Assembly: GCA_015060225.1 (NCBI GenBank)
Contig: SUYX01000010.1
Span: 448-64,447 of the forward strand
Source: Bacteroidales bacterium
Lineage (GTDB): Bacteria > Bacteroidota > Bacteroidia > Bacteroidales > UBA932
Length of the DNA stretch: 64,000 nucleotides
Reading direction: 5' to 3'
Shown here: positions 48,580 to 57,801 of the stretch, piece after piece
Numbering within the stretch: the first letter of the stretch is position 1
Layout of the letters: each line of letters begins with the position of its first letter
Translations under genes and position numbers: made by a program
The notes under the pieces: generated by a model
What the model saw: the letters and a program-made list of their open reading frames with translations, nothing else
Told to the model about the DNA's origin: nothing
Databases searched by the model: none

Positions 48580-48900
48580 ATGGAGATAAGGTTTGAAAAA
48601 GATTATTTGGAGGAATTGTATCTGGAGGGTAAAACGTCAGATAGGAAATACAGGTTTCCTCAGACTGTAGTTGCCAAGTATTGCAAAGTTGTAGATTTAT
48701 TAGAATCTATTGAGCGGGCGGAGGATTTGTACAGGTATCATTCTCTTAACTACAAAGCTCTTTCTGGAAACAAGAAGGGAAGAGAATCTGTTAGAGTAAA
48801 TGATAAATACAGAATAGAATTAAGAATTATTAAAGGACAAACAGAGACTGTTTTGACGGTGTGCAGTATTATTGAGTTGTCAAACCACTATAAAGGATGA
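48580..48900 (+). CDS. higB: HigB-like (RelE/ParE superfamily, plasmid maintenance system killer) toxin
   Basis: 106 aa with the toxin-first gene order. YRFPQTVVAKYCKVVDLL...HSLNYKALSGNKKGRESVRVNDKYRIEL fits the HigB-like pattern. Confidence 0.8.
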   Translation: MEIRFEKDYLEELYLEGKTSDRKYRFPQTVVAKYCKVVDLLESIERAEDLYRYHSLNYKALSGNKKGRESVRVNDKYRIELRIIKGQTETVLTVCSIIELSNHYKG

Positions 48901-48906
48901 TTTGAA

Positions 48907-49221
48907 ATGGAAAAGGAGATTAGAACGGGATTCAGGCCTACACATCCTGGAGAAGTCTTGAAAGACGAGATAGAATATAGAAAAATATCCCAACGTAAGT
49001 TGGCGGAAGGGATGGGCATGTCATATAAGGTGCTGAATGACTTGTTGAATGGGCGTAGAACTTTTACACTTACAACGGCTATGATGTTTGAAGCGGCTTT
49101 GGATGTTCCTGCGGATTCCTTGATGAATTTGCAATTGAAGTACAACATGTATCAGGCGCAACACGACAAAAGTTTTATGGAGAAACTCTCAGAGATCAGA
49201 AAATATGCGGCAATGTTGTAA
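48907..49221 (+). CDS. higA: HigA-family antitoxin (XRE-type HTH)
   Basis: 104 aa. HPGEVLKDEIEYRKISQRKLAEGMGMSYKVLNDLLNGRR is the canonical HigA N-terminus. Confidence 0.85.
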   Translation: MEKEIRTGFRPTHPGEVLKDEIEYRKISQRKLAEGMGMSYKVLNDLLNGRRTFTLTTAMMFEAALDVPADSLMNLQLKYNMYQAQHDKSFMEKLSEIRKYAAML

Positions 49222-49269
49222 AAATACATTCTATTAAATATTTTGGCAATTATACCGTTTTTATCCAAT

Positions 49270-49300
49270 ATTGAGCACTATCAGTTAGATAGTGCTCAAT
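49270..49300. terminator. Perfect 13-bp inverted repeat between convergent higA and the U32 gene (hairpin without a U-tract)
   Basis: ATTGAGCACTATC-AGTTA-GATAGTGCTCAAT. Confidence 0.5.
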
Positions 49301-49323
49301 GGAAATGTCTTTGGCACATTTTG

Positions 49324-50547
49324 CTACTCAAAAATATACACCTTATCTGATCTCCTCAACCTTTCGGGAACTGCAATTGAGCAGTATTGCCCTTTTACGG
49401 CTTTGTCTGTGGCAGTGAGGTCAACCCTAATCTCGGCAGGCTGCATCTCTATTACTCCGGTAGAAGGGCCAATGATGAGGATGTGCTGTCCAACATTCAA
49501 TTCTCCGGTTTCAATGAGGATCTCCGCAACCCCTATGTTTGAGAAGTAGTTGGTTACTTTTCCAACGTATGTCTTTTTCTTGGTGGCTTTGCTGCCGTAA
49601 ACGTCGCTCCACTGGCCCAAGAATGCGCCCTGGTAGTAACCGTCCCAGAAACCGCGGTTGAATACCTCGGAAACGCCGGCCTTAAGTTCTGCAGCGTATT
49701 CTGGGGTATATGTACCTGCAATTACAGCATCAGCTGCAGCGCGGTATGCTGCTGTAACCTTCTTTACATATTCTGCACTGCGGGCCCTTCCCTCAATCTT
49801 GAATACGGAAACTCCTGCATCAATTATCTTGTCCATGAACTCTATGGTGCAGAGGTCTTTTGGAGACATTATGTATTTGTTGTCCACTTCCAGTTCAATG
49901 CCTGTTTCAAGGTCTGTTACCTTGTATCCTCTGCGGCACAACTGGTAGCATGCCCCTCTGTTGGCAGAGGCTCCGTAGTGCTGCAGGCTCAAGTAGCATT
50001 TGCCCGATACTGCCATGCACAATGCCCCGTGGCAGAACATTTCAAGCTGTACCTCTTTGCCGCTTGGACCTTTTATCCCTTCTTCCACAATCCTTCTCTT
50101 TATCTCCTTAACTTGTGGCAAGGTGAGTTCGCGGGCAAGTACAACCACATCTGCAAACTGGGCGTAGAATTTTACTGCCTCAAAGTTTGATACATTCAGC
50201 TGGGTGGAGATATGTACCTCAACTCCAATCTGGCGGGCATATGAGATAACTGCCATATCTGAGGCAATTACCGCGGTTACACCGGCCCTTTTTGCCTCGT
50301 CCAATGCGTGGCGCATAGGTTCAATGTCATCATTGTATATGATGATGTTCAATGTAAGATAAGACCTTACATTGTGCTCGCGGCATATCTCAACAATTTT
50401 GTAAATGTCGCTGGGATTGAAATTGTTGGCAGAGTGGGAACGCATGTTGAGGTTGCCCACACCAAAATAGATGGAGTTGGCTCCACCCTGTATTGCTGCC
50501 ATCAGACATTCAAAATTCCCCGCAGGGGCCATTATTTCAAGTTCCAT
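49324..50547 (-). CDS. Peptidase U32 family protein (PrtC/RlhA/UbiU-like, probable Fe-S enzyme)
   Basis: N-terminus MELEIMAPAGN and Cys cluster FCHGALCMAVSGKCYLS...GACYQLCRR. The ATG at 50547 is preferred to the TTG at 50556. Confidence 0.85.
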   Translation of the reverse strand: MELEIMAPAGNFECLMAAIQGGANSIYFGVGNLNMRSHSANNFNPSDIYKIVEICREHNVRSYLTLNIIIYNDDIEPMRHALDEAKRAGVTAVIASDMAVISYARQIGVEVHISTQLNVSNFEAVKFYAQFADVVVLARELTLPQVKEIKRRIVEEGIKGPSGKEVQLEMFCHGALCMAVSGKCYLSLQHYGASANRGACYQLCRRGYKVTDLETGIELEVDNKYIMSPKDLCTIEFMDKIIDAGVSVFKIEGRARSAEYVKKVTAAYRAAADAVIAGTYTPEYAAELKAGVSEVFNRGFWDGYYQGAFLGQWSDVYGSKATKKKTYVGKVTNYFSNIGVAEILIETGELNVGQHILIIGPSTGVIEMQPAEIRVDLTATDKAVKGQYCSIAVPERLRRSDKVYIFE

Positions 50548-50560
50548 ATCTCTCAATTCT

Positions 50561-51277
50561 CTAAATTTTGTCCAGCCCTTTTGTAAACTTGAGCCAGTAG
50601 TACTTTAACGGGTTGGTATATTTAAGTTGTTTCCATGGCCTGCTGCCGTGCGGACGGTGCCATACAGGAAGGTTGGTGTACAGCCAGTTGTTGAATCCCA
50701 GTTCCAGGGCCTTGTGTGAAATGGTAACGTCAAACCAGTTTTTGCTGGCGTCAAGCTGGTCAAAGTCAAAGGCCTTGAGAAATTCAGGAGTGAGCAGAGA
50801 ACAGCAGAAACTGCAATGTTTCTCGTATTTGAAAGCGGAATTCTCCCTCCCTTTGGCAGGAAGGTACGGATAGTTTATATCACCTTTCTCATCTACAGTT
50901 ACAGAGGCGGCAATGGCGCATTTCCCATCTGCAGCGGCCCCCTCATACAACTTTTGGAAAGTATCTCTCTTTACTATCACATCAGACTCCACAATGGCAA
51001 GTCCCCAGTTCTTCCCGATGGATTCTTTCCGGGTCATCTTCAACACCATAAGGTAATTTGGTGAAGGATGGTCTGTGAGGTCACTCAAATTTACCAGTTT
51101 GAATCCCATCTCCTTTGATGCCTTCTCAAGGATTGCAGTATTCTCGGGAGTACTGAAATCGTTGTATACGGTATATGTGAAAGGAACATTTATCTCAGAG
51201 GCCAAAGTAGCCTTTATTGTTTCCAGTGTAAGGTCTATGGAATCCTTTACAGGAGTTATGATATTCAGCCCTTCCAT
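50561..51277 (-). CDS. GT-A fold (family 2-like) glycosyltransferase
   Basis: NIITPVKD at the N-terminus and a DxD-like VESDV. The start is taken at ATG 51277, which gives a TAATG stop-start overlap with the upstream gene. The ATG at 51313 is an alternative. Confidence 0.45.
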   Translation of the reverse strand: MEGLNIITPVKDSIDLTLETIKATLASEINVPFTYTVYNDFSTPENTAILEKASKEMGFKLVNLSDLTDHPSPNYLMVLKMTRKESIGKNWGLAIVESDVIVKRDTFQKLYEGAAADGKCAIAASVTVDEKGDINYPYLPAKGRENSAFKYEKHCSFCCSLLTPEFLKAFDFDQLDASKNWFDVTISHKALELGFNNWLYTNLPVWHRPHGSRPWKQLKYTNPLKYYWLKFTKGLDKI

Positions 51278-52254
51278 TATTTTATCCTTTTTATAAGTTT
51301 GTCTGCAAAACATTTCAATTGCTCTTTCTGAGCTCCATTGAAGTCATTTTTCTCTATGATGTCCAACGCCTTGTTGTAATAATCCATGATTGCTGCTGTG
51401 GCACTCTCCCTTATTCCAAGGGTTTGATACATCTGTTTCATTCTGGCAATCTTCTCTTCTCCCTCATCTGTACCCATAGCCATAATGGTATTGAGTTCCT
51501 CTTTTTGTCTGTTGTCTGCAACCTTGAAGGACTCTACGAGCAGCCAGGTTTTCTTATTGTTCAGGATATCTCCACCTATCTTCTTACCAAAAATGTTTCC
51601 CTGCCCGAATGTGTCCAGCAGATCATCATGAATCTGGAATGCTATGCCCAAATTGAATGCAAAATCGTAGAGGGCCTGGGCAGTTTTCTCTTCTGCACCT
51701 GCAATGAGTGCCCCCATTTTTGCAGAGCAGGCAATGAGTACTGCTGTCTTGAGGCTTATCATGGAGATGTAATCCTCCATGGTAATGTATGGAATGCTCT
51801 CAAAATTCATGTCATACTGCTGTCCTTCGCATACCTGGGCAGCAGTTTTTGTAAAAAGTGCAAGTACCTGCGGCAATACATCCTCAGGGCAGTTGGCAAG
51901 CAGTTCATAAGCCTTTATGCTCATAACATCACCGCTCAGGATTGCAATGTTGTTGTCCCATTTGCGGTAAACGGTCTGCTGGCCGCGGCGCAGTTCCGCC
52001 TGGTCCATGATATCATCATGAATGAGGGTGAACTCATGGAAAATCTCCAGAGCCATGGCCGGATACAATATTGGTTTGTCTATTTTGTCGCTGAACAGGT
52101 TATATGTGAGCAGACACAGCTCAGGGCGGAGCCTTTTGCCTCCAATGGAGATCATATACTCTATGGGCTGGTACAACTCTTTAGGTTCAATTCTGAAATT
52201 GAGGGCGGCAAGCCCGTTCTCAACATATCTGTCCAATTCTTCTATAGCAAACAT
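51277..52254 (-). CDS. Polyprenyl diphosphate synthase (IspB/GGPPS family)
   Basis: 325 aa with GGKRLRP, the first DDxxD (LIHDDIMD) and the second (IHDDLLD). Confidence 0.87.
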   Translation of the reverse strand: MFAIEELDRYVENGLAALNFRIEPKELYQPIEYMISIGGKRLRPELCLLTYNLFSDKIDKPILYPAMALEIFHEFTLIHDDIMDQAELRRGQQTVYRKWDNNIAILSGDVMSIKAYELLANCPEDVLPQVLALFTKTAAQVCEGQQYDMNFESIPYITMEDYISMISLKTAVLIACSAKMGALIAGAEEKTAQALYDFAFNLGIAFQIHDDLLDTFGQGNIFGKKIGGDILNNKKTWLLVESFKVADNRQKEELNTIMAMGTDEGEEKIARMKQMYQTLGIRESATAAIMDYYNKALDIIEKNDFNGAQKEQLKCFADKLIKRIK

Positions 52255-52277
52255 ATTCCAATAAACTTTTTATCCTG

Positions 52278-52285
52278 CAAAGTTA
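52278..52285 (-). promoter_or_regulatory. -7 box TAACTTTG for the polyprenyl synthase operon
   Basis: The minus strand reads TAACTTTG 23 nt upstream of the ATG at 52254. Confidence 0.35.
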
Positions 52286-52337
52286 ATGGTTTTTGCACAA
52301 TTTACTATCTTTACACATTCGCATTCTTTCAATAATT

Positions 52338-53270
52338 ATGGATAAGAGTAATACAGCAACGGTAGTAAAACATACAGGGAGCCATTATCTCCTTTCCCGT
52401 TTGCCGCAGTGGGACCTCTTCCCTGCAGTAATAAAGGGGAAACTGAGACTGAAGGGATTCAACTCCACCAACCCTATAGCCGTAGGTGATATAGTTGAGT
52501 ATGAGAGAAATGAGGGGGAGATGGCCACCATAAAGAATATCCTTCCAAGAAAAAACCACATAATAAGGAAATCAACCAATTTGTCCCGACAATCACATGT
52601 GATTGCCAGCAATCTCGATATGGTTTTCCTGATTGTAACGGTGGAGCTGCCGGAGGTGAAACTTCCGTTTGTGGACCGTTTTCTTGTAACATGCGAAGCA
52701 TATAATGTGCCTGCAACCATAATCCTCAACAAGATGGACATATATTCTCCGCAGGCACTGCAGATGGTGGAGGCGTTCAAGGAGATATACACCGGGGCAG
52801 GATATGATGTGATTGAAAGTTCTGCAACAACAGGTCTCGGGCTGGATGAGATCAGGGAGAGGTGCAAAGGGAAGGTGGTCCTTTTCTCAGGACAGTCGGG
52901 AGTGGGTAAATCATCACTCATTTCTGCACTGGACCCGGATCTGAATTTGCGTGTAGGTGAGATCTCAGAGTATCACCAGCAGGGTAAACATACTACTACA
53001 TTTTATGAGATGCATCCCATATCGTCGGGAGGATTTGTAATAGATACTCCCGGAATAAGGGGGTTCGGACTGGTGGATGTGTCACAGCTGGAGTTGAGCG
53101 GATACTTTCCTGAGATGCTCAGGGTTGAGGACAATTGCCGTTTTGCCCCTTGTACCCATACCCATGAGCCTGGATGTGCTGTAAAGGAGGCGGTTGAAAA
53201 CGGGGAGATTTCAGTTGAGAGGTACGAGTCTTATCTTGGGATGCTGGATGAGCAGACCAAATACAGATAG
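52338..53270 (+). CDS. rsgA: Ribosome small subunit-dependent GTPase A
   Basis: It has an OB fold, a circularly permuted GTPase (NKMD...GQSGVGKSSL) and a zinc knuckle (CRFAPCTHTHEPGC). The ATG at 52338 is preferred to the TTG at 52293. Confidence 0.87.
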   Translation: MDKSNTATVVKHTGSHYLLSRLPQWDLFPAVIKGKLRLKGFNSTNPIAVGDIVEYERNEGEMATIKNILPRKNHIIRKSTNLSRQSHVIASNLDMVFLIVTVELPEVKLPFVDRFLVTCEAYNVPATIILNKMDIYSPQALQMVEAFKEIYTGAGYDVIESSATTGLGLDEIRERCKGKVVLFSGQSGVGKSSLISALDPDLNLRVGEISEYHQQGKHTTTFYEMHPISSGGFVIDTPGIRGFGLVDVSQLELSGYFPEMLRVEDNCRFAPCTHTHEPGCAVKEAVENGEISVERYESYLGMLDEQTKYR

Positions 53271-53276
53271 CCAAGA

Positions 53277-54569
53277 ATGAACAGGACAGTCCTAAAGTTG
53301 GCCATTCCAAGCATTTTTGCAAATATTACCGTCCCTCTTGTGGGGATGGCAGATACTGCCATAGCCGGAAGGCTGGGGGATGCAACTGCTTTGGGTGGAA
53401 TTGCCATTGCATCCATGCTTTTCGACCTGCTGTACTGGAATATGGGATTCCTCAGGGTTGGCACTGGAGGTATGGTGGCCCAGGCTTATGGCAGGGAGGA
53501 TTTCAAGGATGCAATGAATACTTTTGCCCTGGGTATTGTTACAGCTCTGGCTTTTGCTTTTCTGTTCATTGTACTGCAATGGGTGTATGTTGAGGCTGCC
53601 TTCCATTTTATAGAGTGTTCACCCGGGGTTGAGGTTCTTGCCAGGGAGTATTTCTTCATAAGGATATGGGCTGCCCCTGCAACCCTCTCCCTTAATGTTT
53701 TCAAAGGGTTCTTCATTGGGATGCAGAATGCAGTGAGCCCTATGGCGGTGGATGTTGTTGTAAACATAACCAATATAGTTGCCAGTATATTCTTTGCATT
53801 TTATGCGGGAATGGGATTTGGAGGAATAGCATGGGGTACTTTGGTGGCACAATATGCGGGATTGCTCCTGGCGGTATCGCTCATGGTTTTCCAGTATAGG
53901 AAATATTTTCATTTTGCGGATATCCGCAGTACCCTCAAGACTGGGAATATAAAGAGATTTTTCATCCTCAATGCAGATCTGTTTGTGAGGTCTGTGTGTT
54001 TCCTTTGCATTTATGCTGGGCTTACCTCCCTGGCTGCCCGGTACGGAGATACAGATCTGGCGGTGAGTTCCATAATGATGAAGCTCATGTTGCTCTATTC
54101 ATATTTTGTAGATGGTTTTGCGTATGCAGGGGAGGCTTTGTCGGGAAGATATATTGGGGCCAAAGACAATATTTCGCTTAAAAGGGCTGTGAAGGTGATA
54201 TTTGCATGGAGTTGTGCAATAGGTGCAGTGTCAACTGTCGGATATTGGGTAGGAGGAGAGTGGATGGTAGGTTTTCTGGCTGATGATGCAGAGGTGGTTG
54301 CACATTCTAAGGATTTCCTGCCATGGCTGCTGGTAATGCCTCTTGTAAGTTCGGTTGCTTTCACCTGGGACGGCATATTCATTGGTGCTACGGCAACCAA
54401 GGCGTTGAGAAACTCAATGTTATGGGCTGTAGCAGGTTTCTTTCTGAGCTATTTTCTGCTTAGGGGAAATATTGGTGTACAATCTTTGTGGGCAGGATAT
54501 ATGATGCATCTCCTTGTCCGTACTGTGTACCTTAGTGCGGTTGCAAAAAAGGAGATTTTTGAAGCATAA
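53277..54569 (+). CDS. MATE-family efflux transporter (DinF-like)
   Basis: 430 aa with 12 predicted TM segments and N-terminus LAIPSIFANITVPLVGMADTAIAGRLG. Confidence 0.85.
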   Translation: MNRTVLKLAIPSIFANITVPLVGMADTAIAGRLGDATALGGIAIASMLFDLLYWNMGFLRVGTGGMVAQAYGREDFKDAMNTFALGIVTALAFAFLFIVLQWVYVEAAFHFIECSPGVEVLAREYFFIRIWAAPATLSLNVFKGFFIGMQNAVSPMAVDVVVNITNIVASIFFAFYAGMGFGGIAWGTLVAQYAGLLLAVSLMVFQYRKYFHFADIRSTLKTGNIKRFFILNADLFVRSVCFLCIYAGLTSLAARYGDTDLAVSSIMMKLMLLYSYFVDGFAYAGEALSGRYIGAKDNISLKRAVKVIFAWSCAIGAVSTVGYWVGGEWMVGFLADDAEVVAHSKDFLPWLLVMPLVSSVAFTWDGIFIGATATKALRNSMLWAVAGFFLSYFLLRGNIGVQSLWAGYMMHLLVRTVYLSAVAKKEIFEA

Positions 54570-54582
54570 AAATTTTTATTAA

Positions 54583-54623
54583 CTTTAAAGTTTGGATAGA
54601 TATCATGTAACCAAACTTTAAAG
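54583..54623. repeat. 13-bp perfect inverted repeat with a 15-nt loop in the MATE / tricorn-like intergenic region
   Basis: CTTTAAAGTTTGG (54583-54595) pairs with CCAAACTTTAAAG (54611-54623). No U-tract follows. Confidence 0.6.
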
Positions 54624-54627
54624 AGAT

Positions 54628-57600
54628 ATGAAAAAACTGCTTTCCCTTATTCTTGTTGTGTTCCCTCTGGCGGCAATGGCCGGGACACTCCACTTCCCTT
54701 ATAACCCTTCATTGTCTCCCGACGGCAAGGATATATATTTTTCATACGATGGAGATATCTTTAAAGTCCCTTCCGGTGGCGGTCTTGCAATGAGGCTGGT
54801 TTCGTTGGGCGGAAACGAGAGCCGTCCCAAAGTTTCCCCTTGCGGCAGATGGGTGGCTTTTGCTTCTGATATACAAGGTAATAATGATGTGTATATTGTT
54901 CCTGTAGAAGGTGGGGATATAAAGAGGCTTACGTGGCATGAGGGTAATGATTATCCAAGCGGATGGAGTGCAGACTCAAAGTATATCTATTTTGAAACAA
55001 ACAGGGCAAATAACAGAAGCACATATAAAGTGGCTGTTGCAGGCGGTACTCCCGTGAGGCTTTTTGAGAATTATTTCAATACAATAGTGAATGTGGCGGA
55101 GAACCCTGTTACAGGGGAGCTCTATTTCAATGAATCAACAGAGAGTATAAATTTCCCTACCAGAAAAAGGTATGTCGGCGACCATAACCCAAATATCAAA
55201 AGCTGGCATCCGGCAAAGAGGAGCTACAGGGAGCTCACTTCATATGAGGGCAAGGATACCTGGCCTATGGTAGATAAGGGCGGCAATCTGTATTATGTCA
55301 CAGATGAGTTCAATAAGGAGTCCAATATTGTAAAGTATAATCCTAAAGGAGCTCCCAAGCAGCTCACATCCTACAGCCACTCCGTGCAATATCCTTCAAT
55401 AAGTTTCAGCGGCAACAAGATGGTTTTCATATTGGAGTACAAGCTTCATGTCATGGATATGGCAACAGGGGAGGTAACTGTTCCGCAGATTCATCTGGCA
55501 GACAACAATGTGGATATCATGCGCAGTTTTGCAGATGTCTCTCCAAGAAGGGTTGCTGTTTCTCCCGACGGAAAAAAGTTCTCATTTGCCATAAGGGGAC
55601 TCCTGTATGTGGGTGATGCAAAAGGGAAATACCAGCAGCAACTGGTTACCCCTGCCAATGAAAGGGTGGATGAGATGGTCTGGGGCAAGGACAACAGGAC
55701 CATTTACTATACCAGAACTGACAAAGGGTTTACAGCATTGTACAAGATAAGCGCAGATGGTACAACTGGAGAGAAACTGCTTTACAAAGCCCCTTGCAAC
55801 ATCAAGAACCTCAAGATGTCGCACAATAGGGAGAAGTTGGCGTTCATCAACGGCAATACAAGTGTATGTGTATTCAATACTGCAGATGAAACAGTGGAAA
55901 AGCTGGCCGATGCCCAATTCTGGTCATATGCCGGATATACCCTCAATTTCTCATACGATGATGCATTTCTGGCATTTGAGGCGGTGAATCTGGTTGAAGG
56001 GGATATCTTCATATATTCATTCAAGGATAAAAAACTCCATAATCTTACAAATTCGGCAAGCTCGGAAGGGGCTCCATGTTTTTCTCCATGCGGCAAATAT
56101 CTGTTTATGGCGGCAAATTTCTATGGAACATCTTTCCCAAGGGGAGGTGGACAAAGGAGCATATATAAGCTCCCTTTGTTGGACTATAACACAAAACCGT
56201 TCAAATCTGACATCTATGACGATCTCTTCAAAGAGAAGCCGGAAGATGTGAGGAAGGATGAACAGGCAAAGAAGGAGGGTAAGGGTGAAGAGAAGAAAGA
56301 GGGCAAGCCTGAGAAAAAGGGGAAGAAGAGAGCCCAGACAAAAATTGACTTCAATGATATATACAGCAGGATAATAAGGATGAACGGACTCCAGGGAGGA
56401 TATGGCATATATACTTTCTCTGCAAAGGGAAAGGATTGGCTTTTGTCTCCTGCAAGAGATAAAGTTTATGCTCTTGAACTTTCAGATCCATATGCAGAGG
56501 TGAAGACAATAAGGGATTTGAGGAGGGGAACTTTTATAAACTCAGACAATGAGCTCTTTGCAGTAAACGGAGCAGATATATATAAAGTGGACCTCAACCA
56601 GTTGAGGGCTACAAAAGTTACTGTCAAGAAATCTGTGGAGAAAAATCTCAAGGATGAATTTGAGCAAATGTTCCATGAGGCCTGGGGACTGATGGACCAG
56701 AACTTCTATGATGTCAATTTCCACGGTGTGGACTGGAAGGCCAAAAGGGATTATTATGCATCATTCCTTCCTTATGTGAGAAACAGGGCCAATCTGGTAA
56801 CATTGGTGAATGACATGTTGGGTGAGCTCAACTCATCGCATCTGGGATTCAATTCCTATGGCAAGGAGCAACAGCCGCCGCAGACCCGCAGCTATACTCT
56901 GGAGACAGGTATTGAATGGAACAACGCAGCCCCATATACCGTTGAGAGGATTGTAGCGGGTTCTCCTGCAGACAATGTGGATACAGACATACAGAAAGGA
57001 GACAAGCTTGTAGCAATGAATGGGGTAAGGGTGAAAGAGGTGGAAAACAGGGAGAAACTTATGAGTTCTGCCATAAGGGAGCCTGAGGTGAAACTGACAT
57101 TCAGCCGCAATGGGAAGGAATTTGATGTAAAATTGCACACAATCACATATTCAGAACTTAAAAACCTCCTTTACGGGGAGTGGGAGGAGAACTGCCGGAG
57201 CATTGTAGAGAAGAAGGGTAAGGGGAGGATTGCATATACCCACATGAGGGATATGGGGGCAGGTGAGCTCAACAGATTCCTTATGGATATGCATACCAGA
57301 ACTGTCGGGAAGGAGGGAATCATCCTTGACCTTCGCTTCAACAATGGAGGAAATGTACATAAGGAGGTGCTTGACTTTTTGGGACAGAAAGCCCATTACA
57401 ATTGGGGTTACAGGGATAATGAAACCAATTCCCATCCTAATGTTACCCCTGGGAACATGCCGGTGGTGGTCCTTATCAATGAGAGGAGCCTGAGTGATGC
57501 AGAGGTTACATCAAACGGCATAAAGGCACTGAAACTGGCAACAATTGTGGGAACTGAGACATACCGTTGGGTAATATTTACATCGGGAGCAAGTATGATA

Positions 57601-57786
57601 GACGGCTCTTCGTTGAGGCTCCCTGCCTGGGGATGCTACTCATTGGACGGCAAAGACCTTGAGAGGACCGGTGTGGCACCGGATATTTATATCCGCAATA
57701 CATTCAAGGACAGGATGGAGGGTAAAGATCCCCAACTTGAGAAGGGAATTGAGGAAGTGTTGCGACAATTGAAGGAGAACAATTAA
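54628..57786 (+). CDS. Tricorn protease homologue (TolB-like propellers, PDZ and S41 peptidase)
   Basis: 1052 aa with a signal peptide, SPDGK propeller repeats, a PDZ domain (GDKLVAMNG) and an S41 core (ILDLRFNNGGN). Confidence 0.8.
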   Translation: MKKLLSLILVVFPLAAMAGTLHFPYNPSLSPDGKDIYFSYDGDIFKVPSGGGLAMRLVSLGGNESRPKVSPCGRWVAFASDIQGNNDVYIVPVEGGDIKRLTWHEGNDYPSGWSADSKYIYFETNRANNRSTYKVAVAGGTPVRLFENYFNTIVNVAENPVTGELYFNESTESINFPTRKRYVGDHNPNIKSWHPAKRSYRELTSYEGKDTWPMVDKGGNLYYVTDEFNKESNIVKYNPKGAPKQLTSYSHSVQYPSISFSGNKMVFILEYKLHVMDMATGEVTVPQIHLADNNVDIMRSFADVSPRRVAVSPDGKKFSFAIRGLLYVGDAKGKYQQQLVTPANERVDEMVWGKDNRTIYYTRTDKGFTALYKISADGTTGEKLLYKAPCNIKNLKMSHNREKLAFINGNTSVCVFNTADETVEKLADAQFWSYAGYTLNFSYDDAFLAFEAVNLVEGDIFIYSFKDKKLHNLTNSASSEGAPCFSPCGKYLFMAANFYGTSFPRGGGQRSIYKLPLLDYNTKPFKSDIYDDLFKEKPEDVRKDEQAKKEGKGEEKKEGKPEKKGKKRAQTKIDFNDIYSRIIRMNGLQGGYGIYTFSAKGKDWLLSPARDKVYALELSDPYAEVKTIRDLRRGTFINSDNELFAVNGADIYKVDLNQLRATKVTVKKSVEKNLKDEFEQMFHEAWGLMDQNFYDVNFHGVDWKAKRDYYASFLPYVRNRANLVTLVNDMLGELNSSHLGFNSYGKEQQPPQTRSYTLETGIEWNNAAPYTVERIVAGSPADNVDTDIQKGDKLVAMNGVRVKEVENREKLMSSAIREPEVKLTFSRNGKEFDVKLHTITYSELKNLLYGEWEENCRSIVEKKGKGRIAYTHMRDMGAGELNRFLMDMHTRTVGKEGIILDLRFNNGGNVHKEVLDFLGQKAHYNWGYRDNETNSHPNVTPGNMPVVVLINERSLSDAEVTSNGIKALKLATIVGTETYRWVIFTSGASMIDGSSLRLPAWGCYSLDGKDLERTGVAPDIYIRNTFKDRMEGKDPQLEKGIEEVLRQLKENN

Positions 57787-57801
57787 ACCTTGAACAATAT
57801 C

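Noticed and set aside
48426-48596. Roughly 56-codon plus-strand ORF starting at the ATG of the 24-bp hairpin arm, and the 61-aa minus ORF at 48345-48530
   Set aside because: Both are generated by the palindrome itself, have implausible composition, and overlap the higB promoter and start.
49311-49326. Sigma-54 -24/-12-like sequence TTGGCACATTTTGCTA
   Set aside because: The GG to GC spacing is 8 nt rather than the required 10. The site also lies at the 3' end of convergent genes.
51319-52335. 338-aa plus-strand ORF covering the whole polyprenyl synthase gene in antisense
   Set aside because: It starts at TTG and has Cys/Phe/Leu-rich composition with no recognisable motif. The opposite strand encodes a complete polyprenyl synthase with both DDxxD motifs. 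It is best explained as a shadow ORF.
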